Below are positions 15,379 to 24,409 of a stretch of 35,076 nt of DNA, one piece after another (the stretch's first letter is position 1; every line of letters begins with the position of its first letter). Source of the stretch: a virus. The stretch is from the IMG/VR virus record IMGVR_UViG_3300045988_128571, positions 1-35,076 of that record. The stretch is one strand, 5' to 3'. The position numbers and the translations under genes are program-made. Under the pieces are notes generated by a model. That model made no database searches and was not told where the DNA came from. It saw nothing but the letters and a program-made list of their open reading frames with translations.

Positions 15379-18300
15379 TTATTTGATATCTCCTTTCCCT
15401 AATGCCTTTCTTGCAATTCTAACTTGTGACATTTGTATTTCATCCAGCCTCTTTCGTTTAGCCTCACTGGATAAATCACTTTTCATGACTGCCTTTTTTG
15501 CTTGATTAATATTCTGAAAAGCTTTCACGGCATTCTTCATCTGTTCAAATTCTCGCGGATCGAATCCGTCCATCCGCCTATGTAGTTCCCGCCCCGCATT
15601 GAATAGTTTCAGTTGCCTGTCATAGGCATCATAAACTTCCTGTACGCTTTCACTGCTTGCGTATGGCGTGGCGGTAAATCCACGAATCCCCGGCTGTTCA
15701 GAAAATCGTTTTGCCGGACGCGTTTCATCCAGTCCGACCATCTGATCAGTAAGTGTTAATCCCAATCCGGCAAGGCTGCCGCCGTATCCTCGGATAGTAT
15801 TATCTACCTTGCGGGGAGAAACACCGAACGTTTCACCTATTTTACGGCCTACCGCTGACGTGTAAGGTCCATACTGCAATTCAGGAATTGTATTCTGCTG
15901 GCTTTGCGGTACAATATCGCGCCCCATAAAGATTGAATGATTGGTCATCGCTTCAATAGCCGGCACTAATGCAGTCGGCAGGAAGGATGGAGCCATAGAA
16001 TCAAGTACAGAGCCGGCAAGGCCTTTGAATCCCACTCCCTTTTGTTTTCTTTTTTTGTCATAATCCCACTGCAACATACGTTCCGGAACGGTACCGAAAA
16101 GAATTCCCAGTTCAAAGGGTTTGGGAATTTTAATCAGAGTGTCTTTCGTCGGAATAATCCAGAAAATATCTTTCTGCCACTGCGGCAGTTCCTGATACCG
16201 GGGATCGTCCTTGTTGAGTTCCCAAAGCAATACTGACGGCAAGGTAATCCACATAGCCGTTTTTACTGTCATATCCATCGGATTCGCTTTCCATTCACGA
16301 AACATCTTATCCGTTCCCTGAATAGCCGCATTGAAAAAGGCAATCGTCTTATTCAGTGATTTTGTGTGAGAACCTATTCGTGAAAAGTCCAGCGTCACAT
16401 CACGACTTTCAAGCGCCGCTTCCTGAATACTGCCCGGATTTCGCTTTCTGCTGAACAGCCGATTTCCGATGCCCGTATACCCTTTTCGCACATTATGAAA
16501 TTCTGCCAAGCGTGTAGCCATTTCTGTGGCTTCGGATAATCCACGTAAAACTTCAATCGGATTGGTAGTAATCATCTTCTTGACGCTTGGCCGCTGCAAG
16601 AGCTCTCTCATTTGTCCGGAAAGGTAATTCCTATCCAGAGAAACAAGATTAGCCTGTGCCGCACCCGACCGCATGTATTCCCAATACGTATTGCCCTTTT
16701 GCAGATACAGCCCCAATCCTTTAAGAGTGTCTACAACGGGGATAAATCCATATTTAGAGTAGATCGTAGCGGAAATCATGTCGCGTACGGGGTTACGCAG
16801 AATAAATTCCGGCCCCAACGTCGCCCCGGCACGAAGCCATTTTGCCGGATAAGAAAGAAGCTTCGTAAACATGTTTGCACCTTCCGGATTCAACATTTTA
16901 AATGCCTGATACAATTCCGGTGTCGTGTTATAAACGACTTTCTTTCCGTTTCTCCACACACTGAAACTATGATCCGTCACCTTTGCCGCACCGGACACTT
17001 TTTCAATCAATGCTCCCATGCCATCAACATTGGCCAGTTTCACGATAGATTGTCCGACTTTATTCCGTTCGATGGCACTCATTATTGAGAAAGTATTCCG
17101 GATTATTCCTTCCAGTGGGTCTACTACATCTAAAGTGCTGCCGCGCATTTTCTTTGTGACAGCCCCCACATTAGCAAATCCTTTTCCTGTTCCATTCCTT
17201 TGTGCTTCTGCAGCTTCATAAAATTCACGGAAGAACGGTACATAATGAGGATATTTATTCTTCATGGCCATTGCAGCCTTTACCGATAACATACCGGCAT
17301 CTACAGCATTTGCAAGCAGGAAATCATTATATCTGTGGATTTCCGTAGCGGCTTTCGCGAAAACAGGATTCTTCTCATAATGCTTGATGACGTCAAAACA
17401 TTCCGATTTTGTAAATCTCGTAATCAGCGGTGTCTCATCCCTTGGCAGGAATGTGTTCCAGTGGTTCATATCAAGTTCGCGCAATGCGGTCAGATACGTA
17501 GAAAAATCTTTCAGCTGATTATCCGGGATTTTTCGGATAATCTCTTTAAAAGCAGGTATTTTATGCTTGGGCGAACCATTCTGCAGAAGTGCTTCTGCTT
17601 TACCTGCCCAACCGCGCGCAAGCCACGCCTGCTTAAATGCGTTTTCTTCTACTCTCAACTTTCTTCCTGCGCGTTTTTCCACTTCACTGATAAGTTCCTC
17701 TAACGGATGAAGCTCATCCACCAGTGTACTATACGGTTCATGATAAACTTTCCGTGCGACTTTCTTAGAATCCTTAAAGAATTTCAACGTTTTCTGCAAT
17801 AGATTTTCTTTACCGCCAAAAGAAACAGAACCTTTCATCCGTTCCCACACAGGCTGCGCATACCATTGATGGCCGACATAAGACAATTTGTCTACTGCAG
17901 CATGCAGGTCTTTATCACCTTTCAGTATTTGTTTAAATTCCTTATAAAACAGCGGGAAATCAGAGGCCGCTTTCTTTCGACTGGTAACGTAATCATGGAA
18001 AAATTCAGCAATCCCTTCCTTTCGGATGGTTTTTATACCACCTTTGTTATAGGCATTTCCGAAACGTTTATGGATAACATTAGAAAATTCTGTATCAAAA
18101 CCAGGACGGTTGCTGAATTTAAACCTTGCATCCACATAGTGGCCAAGTTCATGCATAACAGTTCGAGGATCCCCGAATGTTCTTGTTCGTATAATGTCCG
18201 TTTTAGGGTTATACCATCCGCTTGTACCTTTCTTGCCAACACGTCCTTTCTTGATGGTGGCACCGAAAATACTATTTACATCGTCAAGAATCTGCTTGCG

Positions 18301-20532
18301 TGAAATCGTCTCTCCCTGCCAAGTGGTCAAGTCATTACCGGCCGCCTCCTCAAGCGGTCTTGCCATAAATGATCGTTCATCACCCGGCAATTTTACTTTT
18401 CCTGCTTCTTCTGCTACAATAGAGTTGCCAGATGGGTGGAGCTGGGTATCCAGCGTTGAAACCCTATCACTGGAGGGTTGCAGAGGATACCCTGACTGAC
18501 GACCTCGAATATTTTCGCCGACGTAAATTAATTCGTCGGCGTTTTTTATATCCCTTGAAAGCTGGTTAATAGCATTGTTGCGATGTCTTGGCTTATCCAT
18601 AGCCGTACTTGAAGAGATAATTTTCCCTTTATCGGTTTCATCCATGCTGACCGCTATTTGATGTAACAAATTATCTTTCCCGCGCCATAGATTCACATAG
18701 AGTTTTCTTCCGTTCTTTTGCTTAAGAATAAAATCCGGATTTTGAACAGTATCTTTTATCAACCCAGTTGCAAATGCACGGCTATCAGAAATAGACATAT
18801 TTTCGCCATGTCCGGAAGTGAAAGCTTTAACTGCGTCATCTACTGCATTTTTGTTTTCTTTGTCAAAAATAACTCTTACTTTTTCTCCCATCGGATCGTC
18901 TATTCCGTCAGCAAGTTTAAGCGTTTCCTGACGTGCATATTCAAACTTCTGTTTTTCCGGTAAATCTTTGAATGCGCTATATTCCGTTTCGTCATATGTA
19001 CGGAATACTTCCTTAGGAATAGTTCCATCTTTGATACGATTGGACAATTCTTCCGGCGTAATATCTTTCACCGGATCCTTCATGAAATTTAAATTTGCTT
19101 CTTCCGGCGCGGCTTGTTTCACATCTTCCGCAAAATCATTGAGCCCGTTCTGCATGGGACGCTGCATCGGACGGACACTGCGGCCATCATAGACTTCTCT
19201 GGCCACCTGCTGGCGGTATGCGTCATTGGCCACTGCCGGATCCGGACGTTCATACTGTTCGCGGACAATATGCGCCGCTTCTTCCGGAGTGATATTCGGA
19301 TTTTTGCGGAGTGCTTCAAAAGCCGCCCGTTCTGTAGTATTCATCTCTTCGGAGATAAAATCTACCTGTGTACACCAATCTTTGGGATCCAGTCCGTGTT
19401 CCCGGGCAAATTGCTCTAAATGTGCCTTTCTATCGCCCGTCCACTGCACCAGCCCGCGGGAATTATATCCATCTTTTGAAAGCGCTTCTGTATCAAACAT
19501 GGATTCTTGCGCAATGTTTCCGGTAATCCCCGCCGCTTCGGAATCAGTAAATCCGTTCTGGCGGAGACGGTTGTAAACATCTGTTTTTATATCTCCTGTC
19601 TCGCCGTATTCGGGCGGCAGGTTTGTTTCTTTAAGTGACTGCGTGCCCATCTCTGTATCACGGGCTAAATCGTCAAAACCTGTCTCCCCGCCACGTTTAA
19701 AAGAATCAAAAAAGCGACCTTTCGCATTGGCAAGGCCGCTCTTTACCGGATCAATAACATGTTCATTAAACGGTTCCGTCACATGCTCGCGGATAGGCTC
19801 GCTGATACTTTTCGGCGTTGCTTTTTTTATGCCTTTTGCCGCTCCGTGAATGACCGCGCCCGGTAAGAACACTTTATCCCACAATTCGGTCGGATTATCC
19901 ACAAGACTCTGTGCATATGCTCCCGGATGTGTAACCGCTTCTTTAACCGGATTAATAACAGGATCTAAAAGTGCCTCTTTTGCCGTGCTAATAACAGGCG
20001 TACCGTCATCATTGGCGATGTTCTGATCATAAGTCTGCATCGTAGAATCAAGCAATGTAGGGGTTGCCAATGCTGCACCTGCCATACGGACAATGCCGGG
20101 CATACCGGGCGTAATGGCGGTGTACCCGGCAGGTTTGCCTACCAGCTCATTGTAGACATTCATTTTTGCCCGGTTGTAATTTTCGCCCTCAAAGCCTTGC
20201 GTTGGGTCTTCCATGTTGATGGATTCTCCATTGTTGTAGGCTTCTAAAGCACGCTCTCCGGCAGCCGTAATTTCATTGCCATAATTTTCTATGGCTTTGC
20301 CGGCATTAGCCGCGTAATCAGAAAGAGTATTCCATACATTGGCTTTCGTCTTCTCCCACTGCGCTTTGCGCGCTGCACGCCCTTCTTCATAAGCGTCATC
20401 GATGCTGTTCAAAAAGCCTTTGGCCTTATCAAGCAAAGACGAATCCTGCGGCGGCTGATTCTTGAATTCATCAAAATATCTTTCACCGCCAGTATTACCG
20501 CCAGCACGCTGAAATTCATCAAAATAACCCAT
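15379..20532 (-). CDS. Giant polyvalent virion or ejection protein (1717 aa) with a phage-tail-lysozyme-type domain and an HExxH metallopeptidase-like motif
   Basis: aa ~318-430 (DNA 19243-19581): NGFTDSEAAGITGNIAQESMFDTEA...GLVQWTGDRKAHLEQFA, a tail-lysozyme-type motif. aa 794-798 is HELGH (DNA 18139-18153) in the context GWYNPKTDIIRTRTFGDPRTVMHELGHYVD. A roughly 800-aa C-terminal region has unknown function. It is the last virion gene before lysis. Confidence 0.8.
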   Translation of the reverse strand: MGYFDEFQRAGGNTGGERYFDEFKNQPPQDSSLLDKAKGFLNSIDDAYEEGRAARKAQWEKTKANVWNTLSDYAANAGKAIENYGNEITAAGERALEAYNNGESINMEDPTQGFEGENYNRAKMNVYNELVGKPAGYTAITPGMPGIVRMAGAALATPTLLDSTMQTYDQNIANDDGTPVISTAKEALLDPVINPVKEAVTHPGAYAQSLVDNPTELWDKVFLPGAVIHGAAKGIKKATPKSISEPIREHVTEPFNEHVIDPVKSGLANAKGRFFDSFKRGGETGFDDLARDTEMGTQSLKETNLPPEYGETGDIKTDVYNRLRQNGFTDSEAAGITGNIAQESMFDTEALSKDGYNSRGLVQWTGDRKAHLEQFAREHGLDPKDWCTQVDFISEEMNTTERAAFEALRKNPNITPEEAAHIVREQYERPDPAVANDAYRQQVAREVYDGRSVRPMQRPMQNGLNDFAEDVKQAAPEEANLNFMKDPVKDITPEELSNRIKDGTIPKEVFRTYDETEYSAFKDLPEKQKFEYARQETLKLADGIDDPMGEKVRVIFDKENKNAVDDAVKAFTSGHGENMSISDSRAFATGLIKDTVQNPDFILKQKNGRKLYVNLWRGKDNLLHQIAVSMDETDKGKIISSSTAMDKPRHRNNAINQLSRDIKNADELIYVGENIRGRQSGYPLQPSSDRVSTLDTQLHPSGNSIVAEEAGKVKLPGDERSFMARPLEEAAGNDLTTWQGETISRKQILDDVNSIFGATIKKGRVGKKGTSGWYNPKTDIIRTRTFGDPRTVMHELGHYVDARFKFSNRPGFDTEFSNVIHKRFGNAYNKGGIKTIRKEGIAEFFHDYVTSRKKAASDFPLFYKEFKQILKGDKDLHAAVDKLSYVGHQWYAQPVWERMKGSVSFGGKENLLQKTLKFFKDSKKVARKVYHEPYSTLVDELHPLEELISEVEKRAGRKLRVEENAFKQAWLARGWAGKAEALLQNGSPKHKIPAFKEIIRKIPDNQLKDFSTYLTALRELDMNHWNTFLPRDETPLITRFTKSECFDVIKHYEKNPVFAKAATEIHRYNDFLLANAVDAGMLSVKAAMAMKNKYPHYVPFFREFYEAAEAQRNGTGKGFANVGAVTKKMRGSTLDVVDPLEGIIRNTFSIMSAIERNKVGQSIVKLANVDGMGALIEKVSGAAKVTDHSFSVWRNGKKVVYNTTPELYQAFKMLNPEGANMFTKLLSYPAKWLRAGATLGPEFILRNPVRDMISATIYSKYGFIPVVDTLKGLGLYLQKGNTYWEYMRSGAAQANLVSLDRNYLSGQMRELLQRPSVKKMITTNPIEVLRGLSEATEMATRLAEFHNVRKGYTGIGNRLFSRKRNPGSIQEAALESRDVTLDFSRIGSHTKSLNKTIAFFNAAIQGTDKMFREWKANPMDMTVKTAMWITLPSVLLWELNKDDPRYQELPQWQKDIFWIIPTKDTLIKIPKPFELGILFGTVPERMLQWDYDKKRKQKGVGFKGLAGSVLDSMAPSFLPTALVPAIEAMTNHSIFMGRDIVPQSQQNTIPELQYGPYTSAVGRKIGETFGVSPRKVDNTIRGYGGSLAGLGLTLTDQMVGLDETRPAKRFSEQPGIRGFTATPYASSESVQEVYDAYDRQLKLFNAGRELHRRMDGFDPREFEQMKNAVKAFQNINQAKKAVMKSDLSSEAKRKRLDEIQMSQVRIARKALGKGDIK

Positions 20533-20543
20533 ATTTTACCTCT

Positions 20544-21812
20544 TTACGGTACCCATGCTGCATAGAAACCGAGTCCTTCGTTTCGTAATGCCTGCTGTAC
20601 TTCTTCTTTGGACATATGCTGCCGCATTTCCATGATTTTATTACTGAGACCTTGCTCATCATTCACAAGCTGTTTCTGCCCGCCTGTTACATCTCCCGGC
20701 TGTCCGGGCTGCTGCAAGCCTAAAACCTGTTGCAGTTGTGCATAATAAGGAGATTTTGCGGGATCAAAATCATCATCATACATATGTTGCTTCTCGTACA
20801 TCTGCTGCAAGTGACTTAGCTGTGAAATAATCTGCGAATTGTACCCGCTCGTTCCGGGCCCTTGTACTTCTCTTGCTGTACCAGGAATAACCTGCCCGCT
20901 TCTGACATCAAATAATCCGCCGCCGGTATTCACATAAAAACGTCGCGGATCTTGCGGCGGTGCATAATTCCCCATCTGCTGGACAGCTCCTGTATCGCCA
21001 TTGATTCCTACAAGCTGGCCATTTGGCATTGTCTTATAAGAAATATTCGGCTTATCCAACGCGTTGATGTTATTCAGCATATTCATATCAATCTGTGGAA
21101 GCCCCAGCTGCTGAGCACGGTAATTATAAGCGGCAATCCGCGGCGCCATTGCCTTAAGTTTTTTCGGATCATAACCGCTGACTGCCGCATTCCCGTCTTT
21201 ATCCGTAGTATAGACGAGCTGATTTAGGATATCCTGCCGTGCCGGCTCAAGAACACTGTCCTGATAGGCATTAAGCTGCTTACCATATTCTTCTGCTGTA
21301 TCATTTTCAAGCATTTCCTTTGCCATGCGCGCTGCTTCCTGTTGTCCATAGCCACTCTTGATGAAGCTGACATACGCCGCCCCGGCTTTATTTCTAAGCG
21401 ACTGCTTAATTTGGCTCCTGTCAGGCGCACCCGGCTGCGTTTGTACTTGCGGCTGTCCCTGCTGCGTATTTAATTGATAATGAGGGACGGCCTGTTCCAA
21501 TGCGTCCTGCCCCGCCGTAGTTGAAGACTGCAAAGGCTGTGTGCCGGCAGTGTTGATCTTGAAATGAGGCATTGCTTTTTCAAGACCGTCCTGCGCAAAA
21601 AGACCGTTGCCCATATGCGGGGTCTGCGGCTGTGTCAATTGAGCCAAAAGGCCCGGGGACTGTTCATCTTGATAGCCCCCAAATACTCTTGTTGCATAAT
21701 CTTTAGCATTGCGGGTATCCTGTATCTTCTGCAGACGGTTTGCCGCCCACAGTCCCGCCAGATTCCCAATCTGATCCCATGGTGATTTATCCTGTACATA
21801 GATAACACTCAT
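20544..21812 (-). CDS. Q-rich putative internal virion or ejection protein (422 aa)
   Basis: Low-complexity Q/G/P-rich protein between the Hint protein and the giant protein. AAGAGG-type coupling to its neighbours. Confidence 0.55.
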   Translation of the reverse strand: MSVIYVQDKSPWDQIGNLAGLWAANRLQKIQDTRNAKDYATRVFGGYQDEQSPGLLAQLTQPQTPHMGNGLFAQDGLEKAMPHFKINTAGTQPLQSSTTAGQDALEQAVPHYQLNTQQGQPQVQTQPGAPDRSQIKQSLRNKAGAAYVSFIKSGYGQQEAARMAKEMLENDTAEEYGKQLNAYQDSVLEPARQDILNQLVYTTDKDGNAAVSGYDPKKLKAMAPRIAAYNYRAQQLGLPQIDMNMLNNINALDKPNISYKTMPNGQLVGINGDTGAVQQMGNYAPPQDPRRFYVNTGGGLFDVRSGQVIPGTAREVQGPGTSGYNSQIISQLSHLQQMYEKQHMYDDDFDPAKSPYYAQLQQVLGLQQPGQPGDVTGGQKQLVNDEQGLSNKIMEMRQHMSKEEVQQALRNEGLGFYAAWVP

Positions 21813-21814
21813 GA

Positions 21815-23467
21815 TTATTTACCCGCTTTCTTAGCAACCGTCTTTCTTCTTGTTGCCGGCTTCTTAGCTGCCGGCTTTTTCTCTGTTTCATCCGTTGTTT
21901 CTTCTGCAGATGTTTCCATTTCCTGCATAGGTTCTTCTGCAGAATCTTCTGTTTTCTGTTCTGCAGGAACAACGTCAACCGCTTCTGCAGGAATAATGTC
22001 TCCATCCGGGGCATTACCCGCTTTGTCAGCTTCTGTCAAGCCTTCCGCCAAGATACCGTTTGCATAGAACATATTGTCACCGGTCAATTCCAGTTCATAA
22101 ACCTTTTCTTTTCGACCGGTTTCTACAATTGATGTAATCGGTTCAAATCCGTTTACTGTCATGACACTCTCACCTTCGGAAAGTTCGGTTAAAGGTTTCT
22201 TTCCATCAGGCGTCATGAATACTTCCGTCTGTGTGGTTTCTACCGTGCAGGATGGCGTGCGCAGTTCATAAATATCCGCCTCGCCCATATCATGAAGTTC
22301 TGTAACCTCATTCACTGCGCCAAGAGAAACAACCTGATCACCAAATGTCATCTGTTCAATGGCAACTGCACCTTCCGGTGTTGAAATTTCTGTTCCTGCT
22401 GTAAAGCATGCAAAATAACTTCCTAATCCGCTCATAAGACCTCCAAAGAATCCGCCGCTCCCTTGACGTACAACCGTCTGTGCAGGAGAAGCTACTGAAT
22501 ACCGCTGTTGTGATAACTGAGATAATAAACCTTGCGTTGGTGCGTTCTGGCCTGTCGCCATCGCCAAGTATTTCATTGGCGTATTAATGGACGCTTCCTG
22601 CGCCGTTGCTGCCGTTTTAATCGGATCTGTCGTCATCTGTTGCGACTGATTCGCCAGCTGTGACAGCGTTGAAATACCTTGCTGTCTGTTGTTGAAATTC
22701 GTATTTGCCAAGTCAGCCTGCTGCCCGTAGCCGGAAAGCTGGTTCCTGAATATATCACCCAATAGCCCCGCCTTACCGTTAATGCCCGCCAATTGACTGT
22801 TATAAGCTTGTCCGGCAAGCCCCGCGGCTGTCTGCATATCATTTCCGTACTGTGCAGCCAGCGTATTAGATGCATTTCGGGAAATATCATTGAATGCGCT
22901 GTCCGCTTGTGAAGAATTGATAATTCCCCGGCTGGCCAGTCCGGACAATGTACTCCCGACTGTATTCGTTAAATCAGCTTGTAATGCCTTTTGTCGATTC
23001 TCCGCATAAGAAGATGGCAGCACACCGTTTAACAATCCTTGCATAGCAGTATTATTATTCTGCATGGCCGTATTGTATTCGGACGCCAGTTCTTTATTCC
23101 CCTGTGTCATAGACTGAATAGCATTCCCCAGCAGCCCAGAGAAACGGTTGTTAGCCGCTGCATTAGCGTCTGTATTTGCATTTACCTGCGGAATCAGTCC
23201 CTGTACCAGCTGATTATTGGCTGCCGTCTGATTCTGCGCCCGGTCATACAATGTCTGCCAGTTGGGATTCGGCGTAACTTGCTGGCTGCTTAATGCTTGA
23301 TTAGCCATATTCAGCAGGTTTTGTGCCACCGGCTGTGTAGTCTGTGCCCATTTCAGCTGTTCGCCAAGCAGCCCTTTTTCCTCATCGGACATCTGTGGCA
23401 CTTGCGCCGGTGTTGTCGTTATCTTTGTCCCCTTTTTCCCGAACAGCTGTAAATCAAATAATAGCAT
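21815..23467 (-). CDS. Q/N-rich virion protein (550 aa) with an L27-like N-terminal Prp-cleavage motif, an internal Hint (bacterial intein-like) domain and an acidic-then-basic C-terminal tail
   Basis: N-terminus MLLFDLQLFGKKG. Hint domain at aa 354-476 (DNA 22040-22408): CFTAGTEISTPEGAVAIEQMTFGDQVV...VYELELTGDNMFYANGILAEG. Tail: ...EEPMQEMETSAEETTDETEKKPAAKKPATRRKTVAKKAGK. AAAGGAG RBS. Confidence 0.8.
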   Translation of the reverse strand: MLLFDLQLFGKKGTKITTTPAQVPQMSDEEKGLLGEQLKWAQTTQPVAQNLLNMANQALSSQQVTPNPNWQTLYDRAQNQTAANNQLVQGLIPQVNANTDANAAANNRFSGLLGNAIQSMTQGNKELASEYNTAMQNNNTAMQGLLNGVLPSSYAENRQKALQADLTNTVGSTLSGLASRGIINSSQADSAFNDISRNASNTLAAQYGNDMQTAAGLAGQAYNSQLAGINGKAGLLGDIFRNQLSGYGQQADLANTNFNNRQQGISTLSQLANQSQQMTTDPIKTAATAQEASINTPMKYLAMATGQNAPTQGLLSQLSQQRYSVASPAQTVVRQGSGGFFGGLMSGLGSYFACFTAGTEISTPEGAVAIEQMTFGDQVVSLGAVNEVTELHDMGEADIYELRTPSCTVETTQTEVFMTPDGKKPLTELSEGESVMTVNGFEPITSIVETGRKEKVYELELTGDNMFYANGILAEGLTEADKAGNAPDGDIIPAEAVDVVPAEQKTEDSAEEPMQEMETSAEETTDETEKKPAAKKPATRRKTVAKKAGK

Positions 23468-23479
23468 GCAATCTCCTTT

Positions 23480-23881
23480 CTAATGTAAATTCTCAATTGT
23501 GCCAGTCAGCACATAGTAATGCCTTCCTTCGTAGTCATAATCTTGTTCCGGATGGTGAATCATCTTCCATCGGCGTATATGTGCTTTCGGATTGCGCGTC
23601 GTCATTGTCACGATATCTTTTACTTCGTTAAGCGCCATCACCTCTCTGATGTAGTCAACCATTTTGTGAAACTTGCCGTATGTTTCAAGAATCTGGAAAT
23701 AAACGATTCCCTCATACTTAATCAATTGCCAGAAAAGAAATCCGGCATTCGGAAAAAACTTGAAATGCGTTCCCTGTTTATCATGAAGATCATCATCAAA
23801 AGAGAACCCATCAAAACTGACGGATTCGCCAGTGATACGTTCATAATCTTTTATCATTTCCTGTAAACTTGATAATTTCAA
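23480..23881 (-). CDS. Hypothetical protein (133 aa; start uncertain, TTG at 23881 or ATG at 23857)
   Basis: Co-oriented ORF between the fibre-associated gene and the ejection proteins. No confident motif. Confidence 0.45.
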   Translation of the reverse strand: MKLSSLQEMIKDYERITGESVSFDGFSFDDDLHDKQGTHFKFFPNAGFLFWQLIKYEGIVYFQILETYGKFHKMVDYIREVMALNEVKDIVTMTTRNPKAHIRRWKMIHHPEQDYDYEGRHYYVLTGTIENLH

Positions 23882-23904
23882 TTCATCTCATCACCCTATC
23901 TTGT

Positions 23905-24399
23905 TCATGAATTATTGATCTCTTGTGACCACCAAACGATAAGCGGGTCATTTCCGCCAAACAAAGAAACAAAAGCATTCCCCCCAACGTATATCACCCA
24001 TTTATATTTACTGAAACTTTTAACACACATAAACGTGTAAACTGTTCCCGGGGTGACATTTACATATTTATCCCATTCTCCCGCCGAGGTACATTTTATT
24101 TTCGTAATCAATCGAGGACATGTCCAGTCATAAGACGCACCATCATAATTTTGTACTGTAAAGCTGCCAGTTGGGATTGCTACTTTTAAAATCGCAAATT
24201 CCCGTCTTGCACTGGCTACATAACACCGCAAAGGACTTGCCTGCGGGTCATTAAACTCCCCCAGTTTTACATAGCCATCTCTTCCGTCTACGTTGACATA
24301 CGTTCGCGGGTCTGGACATTCGTTCAGGTCATCATACACATCACAATGTCCTGTTTCCCCGTTCTCTTTCTGATAACATAAATGTTTAAAAACACTCAT
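23905..24399 (-). CDS. Cys-rich hypothetical protein (164 aa), possibly fibre-associated or receptor-binding
   Basis: The ATG at 24399 with a GAGGTGG RBS is preferred over 24438. It lies immediately downstream of the fibre-like gene. Confidence 0.5.
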   Translation of the reverse strand: MSVFKHLCYQKENGETGHCDVYDDLNECPDPRTYVNVDGRDGYVKLGEFNDPQASPLRCYVASARREFAILKVAIPTGSFTVQNYDGASYDWTCPRLITKIKCTSAGEWDKYVNVTPGTVYTFMCVKSFSKYKWVIYVGGNAFVSLFGGNDPLIVWWSQEINNS

Positions 24400-24409
24400 G
24401 AACACCACC

